A stretch of 54,515 bases of DNA, filler included, from Bipalium vagum (GCA_037834085.1; 3 parts of 3 records of this genome joined end to end with filler, not necessarily neighbours in it); one strand, 5' to 3'. Shown: positions 12,918 to 26,910, numbered from the whole stretch's first letter. Made by a program: numbers and translations. Notes: a model not told the origin generated them from the sequence alone.

Positions 12918-13468
12918 AAGAGCGCAAAATTGAATCACAGCCCAATGTCTCCTACTTTTAAATCAAGAGGGAGCTCTCAAGCTAGTGGGGGGTCAGCAGA
13001 GACTGTACTTTCTCAGAGCCAACAAATGGATGAAGTTCCGTCAATTAAAAAAATATCCGATAAATTATCCAAGTCCCGTAATATGGTCAGCTCCGTAAGC
13101 TCTACGGAAAGTGCAGCTAAACAATCGAAAAAACGAATCACCAACAGAGCAACTTTGAGAACATTGTTAGATCAAGAGAAAGCCACCAGAAAGTCTCAAG
13201 AAACCTATATTGAACATCTTCAACAATCTCTTCATCAATTATTATCTCAACATGCGCTGGCTAAAGAAACAATAGATCAACTGAGGCTGGGTATTGCACT
13301 GAATATTGAGGAAAATCATAATCGTCCTAAATTACGGCGCCATCATCACCAGAAGCAGCCGACTACTAACAGTAACAGTCAGATTTTATCTCGACGATTT
13401 AGCAGTATTGTCGATGGAGCTGATATGGGGGATTATATGGAAAAGATGAACAATATTTCTCGGGCAAA
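12918..13468 (+). CDS. akna: AKNA-like gene, exon 4, containing the AKNA domain
   Basis: ctattag| ... |gtaaga, phase 0/2. YIEHLQQSLHQLLSQHALAKETIDQLRLGIALN resembles the AKNA/AKNAD1 signature LIxQLQEDYHRLLTKYAEAENTIDQLRLGAKVN (recalled, not searched). Confidence 0.82.
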
Positions 13469-16400
13469 GTAAGATTTTGTATTGTTAAATAAAAATTGAA
13501 TATAATTGTGAAAAAGATCGAAAATTTTTAAAGTCAAATTTATCAAGAATCGATATTTTATAATATTGATATTTATTGTTTAAAGCATTTGTCATTTATT
13601 CTTTTTCTCTGCTTTTTTTTGGTCTTGTGTATTCTTGTTATCATTCTAGGTCCAAAGTTTGAGACTTGCAAACCTTTTCCTGTTAATTTCATAAGTTGGA
13701 GACTTTTATTAAGTACTTGTGAAATAATATTTTCAACTTTAATTGGTTTTATTATTTCATAAAATTTATGATTATTTGAAATTAAATTAAATTTTCAAAA
13801 TTTAATTAAAAGTAAACTATTTAAGCCAATCTAAAATAATACCGTTAATTAAAATTAAAATTTGGTGAAATCGATTATTAAGTATTTTATGTGAAAAATA
13901 TATAAATTAATTGACATTTTAAAATTATTGAAAAGTTTAAAAAATAAAATAAAATTCATTTAGGGAAATTAAATTGAATATTTTTATCGTTAAAATCTGT
14001 TGTACAAATATTTTATTGATTTCGTTAAATAATTATCAAGATATTTGGAATCGAAAATATAATAAAATAAATTAAGAAAAAATATAAACATTAATTTTTT
14101 CATTAGATATTTACTCGCACTTATCAATTTTTATATCTAGTTTATTTTTTTCATTCATAGTTATGTAGTGAATTAATTAATTAATCAAATCAAATTATTT
14201 CTTAATCATTTTTAATATATATTTATATTCATTTTCAATTTGTTATTGATTTGGCAAATAAGTAATTGCGTATTTTTATAACGTTATGTTTAGAGAGTTT
14301 AATACGTTTAAAAATCATTTTTTTAATAAATATTTTTTATATTTATTTAAACTGATGATAAAGATGGAAATGGTGATCGAGCATAATTGATAAAATTTTA
14401 GTTAATAAAAGTTTTTATTCTTTCTCATATTTATCTTTTGTTTTATTTACAATAATCCACAATTACTTAGTTGCAAACCCAAAAATTCTCGCTTAACATT
14501 TTCACTTTGGTTACTTATTTAACTGTGTAAAAGCTTGAGTATATGAAAACAAGATAAGATTTTTTTGTGGTTTGTATTTAAGGAAAAAAAATCCAAATGC
14601 TTTATTTACAAATAAATCAATTTACAGTTATTTTGACATGAAAATAGGTAGAAATTAAACCGAGAATTATTTTAATATTTTATAATTACATTTTTGTCTT
14701 TCTTTTGTGTTGATTTTAAATTTTTATATTTTTAAAAAATTCTTTATTTATGTTCACGATTTTTATGTAATGTAATGTTTAACAAAACCTTTTTAAATAG
14801 ATTTAGAATTAAAACACTAATTTTATTAAAAACTGTTTTAAAATGTTAAAGATTCAGTTGTATTTTCTACTTTTAGTAGATATTCCAATTTTCGATTTTT
14901 CCTTTGACTTATTATATTTTTTCTATGTGGTAACTCTTGCATCTTTAGTTTTTTTAAAGGTTCTTTTGAAATCGTAGAACCGGCTATTAAAAAAGCATTT
15001 TTCAGCTTTGTGTAAGTAATTGAGAAAGTTATGAGTGATCTAAACCATATCTATATCTTTTATTATTTTAATATTCAATTTATTAATTTTATTAATTGTG
15101 CTTAATATTTTTCTGTCAAGTACTTGTTTATATTTGTTTCTAACAATACGATTATTCAGTTTCAAATGAAATAATGATTTATTTATTATTATCAATTACA
15201 ATTTGTGCTAAACTTTGTCAAATATAGAAAGGATTTTTATAAAAATTATGTTAATAATTATATTTTTTTCAAATAAAAATTATCATTATTTGTTAAAATA
15301 TCTCTTAGAATTTTGTCTTGAGATAATTAAGTAAAATTAAAATTATTAATACTAGATTTAGCTGTAGTGAAATTTCAGTCTAAACGTTGCTATGTCTAAT
15401 AAATAATTTTTTACCATGTTCTAAATAGAATATTTATTACGACTATTTAAACTGTTTACTTTATATAATTCATTAATCATTATTACTACTTTAAATGACC
15501 TGCGTAATGGTCATTGGTTTTTTCGTGGAAATTGATAAATTATACAGCATAATATATGTCGTTATTATTATCATTTTAATAATTTTCTAGATAAATATTT
15601 TAATAATTATGTCTGCTATAATATCACTGATAGTTAATGTCTAAATTGCTTTTTAACTAATAAAAAAATTGTTTAAATGGACTATTTATTTTCTTGTTAA
15701 ACTTCAGAAAGTTATATGTTCCATGCAGTGATAATAATTAAAATGTTAATTTTCTTTTTATTAAAAACATTTCAGAGCAATATTTTTAACAAAAATATTT
15801 TTGATCCGATATGAGTTAGAGAAAAGTTAATGTTTTTTCTTTTGTTTGAAATTAATATATATTTTTACAAAATAATTTTCATATTTTATGATAGAATTTA
15901 AATGGTGCACAATAAACTTGTAATGCATCTCGCTCATTATTGGGGTTTCTATTGATTTGTAAATTACATACAAGATCAAGATACCTATCTATAATTGATT
16001 ATGTAACGACCTTCTTTATTAATTTGTATTGGTTCTTTTATTACTTCTCTTCTGAATCAAATTTTAAAAATATTGTTAAAGATTATCGATTCATTTTTGT
16101 TTTACTAAATATATAATCTTTTTATAACAATAATTTGATAAAGTAAAAATGTGATCTTGATGATTTCGAAAATATATATGTTATTCTTTTATTTGGAAAT
16201 GCGTAAACATTATAGATTATAGATAGATTAAATCATAAGCCTTTCTTTAATTTGATGGACATAGAAATTATAAAAGAATTTTTAAAAAAATTGATTTAAC
16301 TGATGCTTTTATAAGTTTTATAATTATAAAAGTCTAGAAATTTTGACGCTCCATGAAGTCACTCCCGTTTATAGGTATGTGTTTTGGGTAGAAAAAAAGT

Positions 16401-16769
16401 CAGTTAAATCAAAATAGATGATGAAAGGGTCTGCAATCTTATTAAATCTCTAAAAGGATATTAGAATTATCATAATATTTAATTAATATTGACCGGAATG
16501 TTAAGAATTTCATTGAACTCTGAAATTCTTGTCAGTGTCAGCAAAGTTATTATCAAAACAAAATAGTGATCTTTATTAAATCAGTTTATAAGTGTCAAGT
16601 CAATTAATTTTTTCCATTGTTTAACGTCAGTTAATTTTATTCAAATGTAACTGAAACAATTTCTATATTAATTGGACAATTGAACTTGATTTTTCTGTTT
16701 TTTCTTATTTATTTTATTATATTATATAGAATTTAAACCTGTGTGGAAATAAAATTATAAAAATAATCT

Positions 16770-17190
16770 TGGTCGAAGTATTTTTCATTTGAGAAAAACC
16801 AAATGATCTTGTTTTGCTGGATGTGTAAGTTTTGTTAGGATCATTTTCGCTTTAATTAAACAATTTTTTCTGATATTTCTTGAGAAATTGTCCTTTCTTC
16901 AACACACACTCCCAAGTTTTTATGGACATCATTTATGATTGTTTCCTCTGAGATCTTGAAATTTTTGGCAAGCCTGAGGTTGCCATCAACAATCTACTTA
17001 ATTTCTTTGATAAAATCATTTGTTCTCATGTCACAGCGTTTGGAATTTTTCTTAAGCTTTGTTCTCTTTGACACTGTTTCACTATCAGATAGAAGCTCTT
17101 GGTATACTTGTATGTAAAATGATTGTACAGCTTTTAAAAATCGATCGATTTCTAAATCGGAATAATCAGGTTTCAAAAGCACTAGAATAT
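16770..17190 (-). mobile_element. 5' fragment of a maT (DD37D, Bmmar1-like) transposase in the AKNA-like intron
   Basis: KKNSKRCDMRTNDFIKEIK.IVDG...ISEETIINDVH...VLKKGQF is similar to the element at 22.2 kb. Confidence 0.65.
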
Positions 17191-17405
17191 CATTTTTATA
17201 AATTTATAAAACATATTTTTATTTATTTTTATTCAGTCATTTTTAATGATTACATTACAAATATCATTTATTTATAATATTAATGATGAAAAAAATTAAA
17301 AATTTTCTTTCCCAACTTTTAAAAATTATTTATTATTTTCTTCTTTCGCAACTAATCAAAAAAATATTAATAACATTTCTTTACAAAAGCACTATTTGAT
17401 TCTAG

Positions 17406-17479
17406 ATCTGTGGACATGAATATGTTTGACGAAGAATCTCCAAATGAGATAATTGGACCACATCAGGCGAATAACGAAT
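17406..17479 (+). CDS. akna: AKNA-like gene, exon 5
   Basis: ttctag| ... |gttagt, phase 2/1, which bridges exons 4 and 6 exactly; SVDMNMFDEESPNEIIGPHQANNE. Confidence 0.75.
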
Positions 17480-17591
17480 GTTAGTCTTTTTTGTCTTATA
17501 ACTCTTTGGTCATCACTGAGAAAATTATAAAATAATCTTTACTCCTTTAATGAAAAATAAATAGTTACCAACGTTAATTGAAACTTTTCAG

Positions 17592-17915
17592 ATGGTGGGT
17601 CTTTGAAATATGTGAAAAAAGGACAATCTTCAATTAATCAAGGTTTATCAAAAGAAATTGCAAACGATTTTCAGCTCAATTTTGATAAATTTCAAACTCG
17701 AGTGGAAATAATTGAACAAGCTATAGAAGAGTTGAACATGTATATCGATGGAGGAGCTTCCGGTTCTTCAGGCTCACAGTATGGGGATTTGGATGGATCC
17801 AACGATCGTCATCAAACTGACACGGAAAATCGATTGCAAAATATTCTGCTGGCTTATGAAAACCTACAGAAAGATTTCAGTCAAGTTTGTCGGGTTTGGA
17901 AAGATACAGCTAAAA
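17592..17915 (+). CDS. akna: AKNA-like gene, exon 6 (second conserved helical block); the gene probably continues
   Basis: ttttcag| ... |gtaaaa, phase 1/1. RLQNILLAYENLQKDFSQVCR parallels vertebrate AKNA FQRLKAAHAALEEEYLKACR as recalled. Confidence 0.75.
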
Positions 17916-18716
17916 GTAAAATAATTGATTGGATTCGAAATTATTGATTATTTTACTTAATATTTTATGCATGAATATTTTTCTTTTCAATTATACAATG
18001 TTACCCACCCTTTGTTCAACATTGTTGAATGATGTCTTACAATCAATAACTTCAAAAACCACTATTTATCTATAATAATTATTATTCTGAATTGATTTCT
18101 GTCAGTGTTAAAAAAATTAAATGTAAAAAATCTCTTCAAATTTTATTATAATAATTAATAAAAAATTATAATTATAATAATAATTTTTTTCAATAAATTA
18201 TTATTCGTCCAACGTTAAATATGACAATATTTATTATACAGAGCCTTCAATAAGATATTTGGATGTAATCTTTAATTCCCAATGATGTTGTGACACCTTT
18301 CACTAAATATCAGATTTTAAGGATGAGGTATTTGTTACTCTTTCACAATATGTAGAATTAATTCAAAGAATAAAGGAAATCTTCTGTAATTTGTGCTCCG
18401 GTTGTGATTTCTTTTTGGCTTTAATTAATGATTTGTATTGTTTTACGTGATTTTGGATATTTATGAATATTGTTTCGTGTTCTTTTCTCATTAGATGGAC
18501 AATGAAACCGTCGAAAGCCAAATGTTGAGTTTTGATCTTACTTTTTTCTCTTTTTATTTGATACTTTGCAATATTAAAAATTTTTTAACAGTTTATTTAA
18601 TAATTAATTTTTTGGTTAATTTTTTTATTTATATTGCTTATAATAATAAATCAACAATATAATTATATTGAGCTGTTCGGAAAGTCACTTCGCTTTATAC
18701 CTATCTTTAAATATAT

Positions 18717-18816
18717 NNNNNNNNNNNNNNNNNNNNNNNNNNNNNNNNNNNNNNNNNNNNTTAATTAATTAANNNNNNNNNNNNNNNNNNNNNNNNNNNN
18801 NNNNNNNNNNNNNNNN
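18717..18816. other. Artificial scaffold spacer (44 N + TTAATTAATTAA + 44 N)
   Basis: Exactly 100 bp with a six-frame-stop palindromic linker; an identical structure occurs at 38397-38496. Confidence 0.95.
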
Positions 18817-18860
<44 letters not shown>

Positions 18861-19859
18861 CAAAAATATGAAGTGAAATAAGTTAAACTTCTTTTGCAAA
18901 ATTTTCAAGACACGAATCTAAATTATAATAAATACTTTCCTTCGTCAAAATGTTACATTGTAACATTGAACCCTAATATTGGAAAATTCCAATATTCAGT
19001 GCTCTCCACGTAAACCTTTCCAGTCTCGCATCTGGAAATTATACACTGATATTGTACTTAATTACTGCTGATGCTATCAGGCTGTTATAAGACATAATGG
19101 TGATATTTTATCTTTAATCTTACATTATAAAAATAACATAATTAGTAGTGGAAACAATTCTTAAATATTAAATGTCTTTAAAAATTATGATATTTGATCC
19201 TCGGAGGGATATGTCTGAAGATTAATTAATGATTGAAAATTTACAGATCTGTAATTATTATTTTAAAAATATCTCCTTAGATAATGATCTTTGGCTTGAT
19301 GAAGATTAAAGTGTTTTATTTTTTACTTTGCTCTTGGTCAAATTATATAAAACAAGTGAAAATTGGTTTCTTATCCTCACCAGGTATTAATACGTGAACA
19401 CCTTTAAAATATACTTTGAGCCAATAAAAATAATTATTTGGTTGATGCATATATTCTGTCGGTCTCAATATACAGTAAAACCTGTCTATTTTCTTCCTAT
19501 TTTCCCCCAAACTATTTTTCGAATCTGTCTATTTTTCCGAATTGTAAATTTGTTTAAATGTAATATTTCACTATGTCATTGAAAATTTTAATTCAAATTA
19601 CTTAAAAGTTATTTATTTTACAACGAACATTATTAAATTTTGTTACATTACTAAATTATATATACAGTAATTTCAATTACATACGAATTAAATATTTTAC
19701 ATTAAGCATTTTTAGTATACAACCGTCTTACCATTGTAATACAAAAAGAAAAATTCCAGTGTAAATATCCGATAGGAAATAGAAATATGGAAAAAATAAA
19801 AAAATTTCATTTGTAAAGAGGCATCAAAGTTTTCAACACAATTCAAATTGAATATACAG

Positions 19860-20800
19860 TATCAGCTTAATCAGTCGCAAATTATTTCGCAAATCGGGAA
19901 GAGATGAAAGCATGTTGGAGCGAGATCAGGTGAATAAGCTGCATGAGGTAGAATTTCCCAATCGAGTTTCTCAATGACAAGTTTGTCAGTTTAGTAGTAT
20001 GCGATCAAGCATTGTCATCCAACAAAATCACTTGATGTTGACTTTCAGGTCGTTTCTCACAAATTGCTGCTTTTAATCGTACAAATTGTTGGGAATAAAT
20101 ATCTGAAGTTATTGATATGTTTTTAAGTAATTCATAATAAATGACTTCTTTTTGGTCCCAACAAAAATTGTCTTTGGGGGATGAAGGTTCGATTTTTCTG
20201 CGATGTTGTTTGTTGATCTCGATCCTACCAGTCTTTCCTTTGTTTTAAATTAATATAAAGGCACAATTCTCATCAACGGTTATAATGCGTGGTAAAAAGG
20301 TCGATGTTGTGGCAAAAAAGCACGTGAAAGCAATGAGATGCTGATGACAACGTGCGGATGTTTGTGGTGTTCCTTCAGAATATATGGGACCCATGAATCT
20401 ATTTTCTGAAACTTAACCAAAAGCCAGGCGATTAATGCTTAATCACCATTTGACTAACCAATTCTCTAGGATTTTCATGCAGCAATTTGTTGAGAGCGTC
20501 TTGATAATTCTTAATATATATGTAATAATAAGCTTGGTCGAGCCTAATTTCTCTTTTAAAATGTGAAACATGGTCTGAGAGCTTTGATTCAAAGTCAGTC
20601 GATGATTATTCATCAACATATCAAGTGTGAAAGTAATCATTTCTAGTAATATTGCTCTTGCTGGTCGTTCAGAACGAAATTATATCCAATGTTTTCACCC
20701 AATGTTGAAACATCAAATCTCGATTGCAAGTCATAGTGTGCAACATAATGTAATAATTTCACCAATTCATTCTAAATTTGAAAAAGTTTCAAAAACCTTT
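19860..20800 (-). mobile_element. Degenerate mariner (DD34D) transposase
   Basis: WVP motif and EKLDWEILPHAAYSPDLAP..FHLF; many stops; ends approximate. Confidence 0.82.
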
Positions 20801-22199
20801 ATAAATGAATTTTATAACAGCGAGTTGTTTGACTTTTTCCATTTGAAAAGCACGTCACCTTTAGACTGCATTAAATAAAAATTAATTTTGCAAATGACCT
20901 TGACATTATATGAGTTAACGCGAATAATGAATTTTTAAACTCCAAATAATTTATAGTTATAAAATCTGAATCACAAGTGGCGCTCCACGAAGCTGATTAA
21001 ATTTAATGATATTAATTTTTAAAATTTAATATCAGTAATAAAATATTAATTTTATTAATTTCTTTTTAAATTCTGATTACGTAGAGAAAAATAAAATAAA
21101 ATTTGTTTTAATAATGTTCAATTTTAATTATTTTTTTTGTTTAATTTTATTGATTTTGAACATTTAACTTGTTTTAAACTTGTCTTAATTATTGCATAAC
21201 TTAAAGACGTTTTCATTTTATATTATATTCAAAGTTGATGTGGTAATATTTGTACTAAACTTGAATAAAAATTCTTCTTTTCAGCAGTATTATAAATGCC
21301 CAAAATGTTTTCATGTTATTTTAAAATTTCAATCAATTATTAATAAAAATTTGTCCGTCGTTCTGTTTTAGGAAATGTAAGAAAAACCTTTCATCTGTCT
21401 CTTACTTTAAACATCTTTTCATTGTCACCATTTTAAGTGTACATAATTACTTGAATCCTTTTTAATGGATATTCTAAACGCAGAGATTTTTATAGTGAAA
21501 ATTGAATTTGAGATATTCTAGGCACTTTTTGTCTTCATTAATTAAAGCAAAATAATTGAGAAAATTAGGGCTTCCTTTTTTGAACCTTCCATGTGAATCT
21601 GCAAAACAGTAATTATCCACTATTTTCGTGATGAGGTATTTTTTATGGTTTTTCATTATTTATAATTGTTAATATTTGAAAATTATTATTTTTCATAAAT
21701 AAATAGAAAAACAACCTTTGAGGATAAATAATTAATATAAAATGTAAAAAAAATTTAATAATTAAAACAAATATTATAAAATTTTAATTTATCTAAATGT
21801 TGAGTTAAACGTTAAAATAAAAATATGAAAAAATAAAAAAATCAGAAAATCAATGGAGAACTTCAGCATTTTTGAGTTAAGTAAAACATAATATCACTTG
21901 ATAAACTTGAAATTGTTTTAATTGAATTATTTTCCTCCTCCAAAAGAGATTCATTAGACATTTTTCTTATCAAGATTTATTTCAGTTGGTGATTTCTGAA
22001 TAAAATATTTTAAAGTAAATATTTTGTCATAATAAATTTGAAAAAAAGGACCGAAATAAAAATATTAAAATTAAAATTTAGAAACTCCTTGATGGTGGTT
22101 TCTTCTGTATTCCTGCGCAATTTCTTGAATTCTTCTTAAACCTCTGATGTATCCACAGCCATTCATCCAGATCGTTTGTCAATAAAATTAGCAAGGAAC

Positions 22200-23096
22200 G
22201 TTTGGCATCTGATCGAAAATTTTCCTCTATATCTAAAAGAAAAATACATTCCTCACGTTCAGACATTGTCAGAAATGGTTTTTTTTTTCAAAAGTCCAGG
22301 ATGTTGTTAATGAAAGTCCCGGAAAGCAAAGAAAATCGTTTAATCCGCTCGAAAAGTCTTTTACACAAAATCGAGCATTCTGATCATCCAAACATGCTAT
22401 GGTTCTTTACTGATGAAAAACGTTTTACTCAAGATCAAATGATTAATAGGTGGCTGTGCTCCTGTGCTTCTGAAGCTCCTAATGTTAGGCACACCAAGTT
22501 TCCATCATCTTCAATGATATTGGATGTTGTGAGCAACGAAAATCATGTTATGCCTCCGAATTTCTTTCCACAGGGACTTAGAATTAATACATGTTTTTAT
22601 ATCGAGTGTCTGGGTACATATGTGAAGCTCTGGATTGAAAAAGTTGCCCACGGAACCTTATGTGTTCCAACAAGACTCAGCTCCATGCCATACAGCATTA
22701 AAAACGCTAAAATGGCTATCGCTAAATTTTAACGACCATGTCACTCCCAACCTATGGGCAAATAGCTCACTCGACTTAAATTCTTTGGACTATTTCGTAT
22801 GGGGCGTCGTATAGAAGGAGACGAACAAACATCCTCATAATAACAAAGATTCATTATTTGGTTCTATAAGTTCTGCTATGATAAATATGAACAAAAACCA
22901 TTTGATCGCGGCTTTTAAGCTTTTCAGAAGCCGTCTTGAGGCTGTAATTGACACTGAAGGCGATTTTATTGAATAAATAAAAGGTACCTAAAATAAATAA
23001 AGTTTCTAATATTTCTTAAAAATATACATTCTTTTCATTAAAAATATTACTTACCTGTAATATCAATTTTTGTCCTCAAATAGCTGACGCACCCTG
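22200..23096 (+). mobile_element. maT (DD37D) transposon relic, 5'-truncated, with 3' TIR
   Basis: WFFTDEKRFTQD, VMPPNFFPQGLRIN, and FQQD-(37 aa counted)-DYFVWG. Ends ...GACGCACCCTG followed by TA. One frameshift near 22655 and an in-frame stop near 22812. Confidence 0.92.
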
Positions 23097-23725
23097 TACA
23101 TACATTTACATCTGAAATATGATTTATTCTTGAAATAATTTAGACAAAATAAGACTATAAGAAAAGATTTTTTTTTGAACTACTCTATATTATTTACTCG
23201 AATAATATATAAATTAAAATAAATATTTGTTTACATTCAATTGCATTGGACCAATCAGTGAGTTATAAGTCAGAAAAATCCCAATTAAATCTGGAAAAGG
23301 TTTTCACTAAAAATTATTATGTAATTATGAAATATTCGAAATAACTAAATACTCCCTTTTGATAGACTTGATAATTAAATATCACAAACTACAGAAAACT
23401 CAAAAATATTCTTTAAAAATTAATGGAACAATTAATCCCAACAAAATCAAAGTGAAGTGTATCGAATTCCCTGAAGGAACATGGGGGTGTTTCTCAATTA
23501 TTTTCTCTTTCCATTGAGAACATGATAATTTCTAGCTAGTAATACTACAAATACGAAACATTCCGTTACATAATCATCTCCAAGGACTTCATATATAGCT
23601 CAGAAATAACATTAAAAAAACTTGAATAAGCAAAAAAAAATCAAAAATAACTGGACTTTTCTTTTCAAATGTTTTATAAATGTTTTATTATTTCTTTATC
23701 ATTAAAATAATCTTTTAATATTAAT

Positions 23726-23763
<38 letters not shown>

Positions 23764-26667
23764 GGTGTTAGTAGTAGTAGTAGTTTCATGTTGCCCAATT
23801 TTGTTTCGTGAAATATTTCAGACATAAATAATTTATTATTAACTAACGTTATTATTTTATTTTTATTTTATTTTAAAATTTTTTTATTTTCATTTTTATG
23901 ATAATATTTTTAATAATTATAGTATTATTACCACCATCATATTTATTGTTATTCATCATTACTATTATTACATATGATCCTATCATTATTCAGCTTTCTG
24001 ATATTTGTTTCCTTCTCTGGCATAATTTTTTACTCAATTGTTTTATTTTCATTTCGATCAAAGAAAATTTAAACAATGATAAGTGCTAATTAATTTTCTT
24101 AATTAATCTAAATTTGTATAAGGAATAGCTAATTAAAAATTCTCACAATTAATATTTTCCTATTCAGACAATTCAAACAAAATATATTAATTAATTAAAT
24201 GATATAATATAATTCAAATAAAATATGTAAAGAAAAACAATTATTTTTTTTCAAAGTATAAATAGATTTTTATTACGATTTTTCCGATGTATACGATGGT
24301 ATAATACGATTTTCTTTCCATTGATAATATTAATTAAGAATGTTATGATGATCAACTAATCTATTTATTCTCATTATTTTCTTTCTGTAGAGAGATTCTT
24401 TCAATTAATTCTCTCTCGCAAAATTGAATGCAATTATTCTTCTTTTTTTCGACAGATATGAAGAAAGTTTACTTCTATTATACTTTATGCTTTATACAAG
24501 CATTTTTTTTCAAGTAACGACCTCATACACGTTGAATGTATGAAATCGAAGCGTCTGTTGCAGTTATTATACTATGAGATTTTTATGTAACAATATTTCC
24601 GTATTAATTTTAATCAGCTTAATTATTTTCATTATGAGCAGAACTGTATTTCAGTACGTTTTAGTTAGAGATTTTCCTTCATTTCATAATAATAATATTA
24701 TTATTATAATCTGAAAATAAATTATAATTTAAATAAATATTACCAAGGTGGTCTTTAAAAAATATTTTGTAAAGACTCTTTCGACACAAAATCTCCTGAA
24801 ATATATTAGGTTGAGGTAAGAGTATTGCCGCCTTTTCATCTCACAAATCAAACGTCTATTTTACTATTCAACCTCTTTCATAGCCCGATAGTTGGATAAC
24901 ATTTGTTTTTCTTATTTCAGTCATATTGCTATATGTAATATGAGTACTTTTTTATTCTTATTATTTATGACTTTTTATTCATGAATTATGTTATTACACA
25001 ATCAAATGATATGCATACAAAAATGTGGATGTCTGATTAAATTAGATTGATTAAGCAACAGATACAAAAATTTTCAATCAAGTAATAATTGATTCGTTTT
25101 TATTGAAATGAGTGTACACCCCCTTAATATTTGATTTATAATTTCTATATATTTTTTTATAAACTATTGAAATAAGACTTTAACTAAATTGCTGTGAGAC
25201 AATTGTTGTTCAATGAAGGTTTTTTATCATTAGTAATAATAACTTACTAAACAACAAAAATACCCCAAAGAAAACCAATTAAGATAAGGTTGCGGTTTAA
25301 ATATGTTTATTAGTCAAATGGCCATTACAAGTTTATCATTATACAATGTCCACCCTTCTTCTACTGACAATATTTCTATCAACATTCAAAAAGCAATTTT
25401 AACCTTTTTCTAACAATTTAACAATTCTTCTTTAATTTTAATTAAAATATTTCCCAAAACTTTATCAAATAAAATTTTTTTTATGATTTTAAATCTAATT
25501 TTCATATTACAATAATATTAAATATGACACTTTATCTTTTAATGTTATATTGACTAAATCTTTTGAAAGACCTTTTTCACATTTATTATTCAATAAATAC
25601 ATTATTTAGTCACTGGACTCGATGAAAAGCAATTTAGACGGCTATTAATATATCTATAATACATCCATAATTCTTCTTACTATTTTTTACGAAAACAACA
25701 GGACTTGATCTGATAATTCTTTGAAAATGTCCGCATACATTTCTCCTTTCCGCAGTCTTCAGTAACAGGGGTGAGGTGGTGGTCTACTCTGCCAGTGACT
25801 CGGGGTCTATATTTATTACTCTGTTATTGAATCATTGTCCTATAAATATAATTTCCTTATCAATTTGAGGCTCATTGTTTTCCATAATAAAAGACTTTCC
25901 TTTGAATAAATAATTTCGATATGATTAGAAAGATTCAAATATTTAATGAAATGACTTCCTGCCAATTTTATTATATTTTCTTTCTTCTCCGTAAAAGAAA
26001 ACACCTATTGTTCCATGAAAAAATTCATATTTATACCAAAACAGTTTTTCTTTAACTAATTACATGGACATGGTCCGTTTTTTGGGAAATAAAAGTCATT
26101 GAAAATTTTTTTTAATAATAGTAATTAAAATGAAATTTATTTATTTTTAATATCTTTTTTGAATAGATTTTATCAGAAATTATTTTTAGTAAATTCTCAT
26201 GATTTTTAATTCTTAGTCTCATTATCTTATCATACAGATAATGAGACTAAATTTCATTGCTTTTAATTATTTATATTTGCTACCACAAATCCGAATATTC
26301 AAACAATTCATTAATGTCTGGGGACTACAATCTCCCTTTTTCTTTAAATTTATTTAATTAATTTTTCTTCAAATAATAATTTATTTTTGATATATTATTA
26401 TTTAATAAAAATTCCAATAACAAAAATGACATCTGTATAATTACTCATGAACTTTAAATATTTATTATAATTAATTTAATTAATTAAAATTCTTATTTAT
26501 TTAACTTTTACATTACTTAAATTGTTAACATTATTATTGAAAAATAAAAAATACCGTGATCAAATACATTTCTTTTACTGATTTTTATATTTTCTTTTAA
26601 TATCATGTAATACACACTTTTCATTGTCATCAAGTTATTTCATGTTATTAAAATAAATATCATAATA

Positions 26668-26910
26668 TTAGGTCATTGAGTATGAAATGCATTGATATAA
26701 GACAAACATTTATTAATGAAATCTCTTAGAAGAAATAAGGCAATCAATCGAAGTGTGAACAATCAGACATAATACACATCTGCCATGTCGTCTCTAGGTT
26801 GGAAATGCCTTTATCGAAAACTCTGGTTTGAAGGAATCAATAAATTGAGTGAAAGCACTTTAAACAGCCTCTGTGGAATTGAAAATTTTTCCTTGTTGGA
26901 AGTTATGCAA
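26668..26910 (-). mobile_element. Mariner 3' end (C-terminal transposase fragment and TIR)
   Basis: NFQQGKIFNSTEAV.SAFTQFIDS...WQMCI...HFD-stop; TA+TTAGGTC... terminus at 26668. Confidence 0.65.

Noticed and set aside
12918-17915. Coiled-coil exons as the N-terminal heptad repeats of kinesin light chain
   Set aside because: They lack KLC motifs (LRAQVRRLCQENxWLRDEL, LFP), resemble AKNA instead, and lie on a different contig.
18761-18772. Palindrome TTAATTAATTAA (also 38441-38452) as a biological site
   Set aside because: It is embedded symmetrically in N runs totalling exactly 100 bp; this is an assembly linker.
18880-19400. Possible minus-strand exons (e.g. ARLERFTWRALNIGIFQY-stop)
   Set aside because: No phase-consistent chain or recognisable family could be assembled.
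23898-24089. Hydrophobic ORF (and similar I/F/L/K-rich ORFs) as membrane proteins
   Set aside because: The composition follows from AT-rich low-complexity DNA; no splice or family support.
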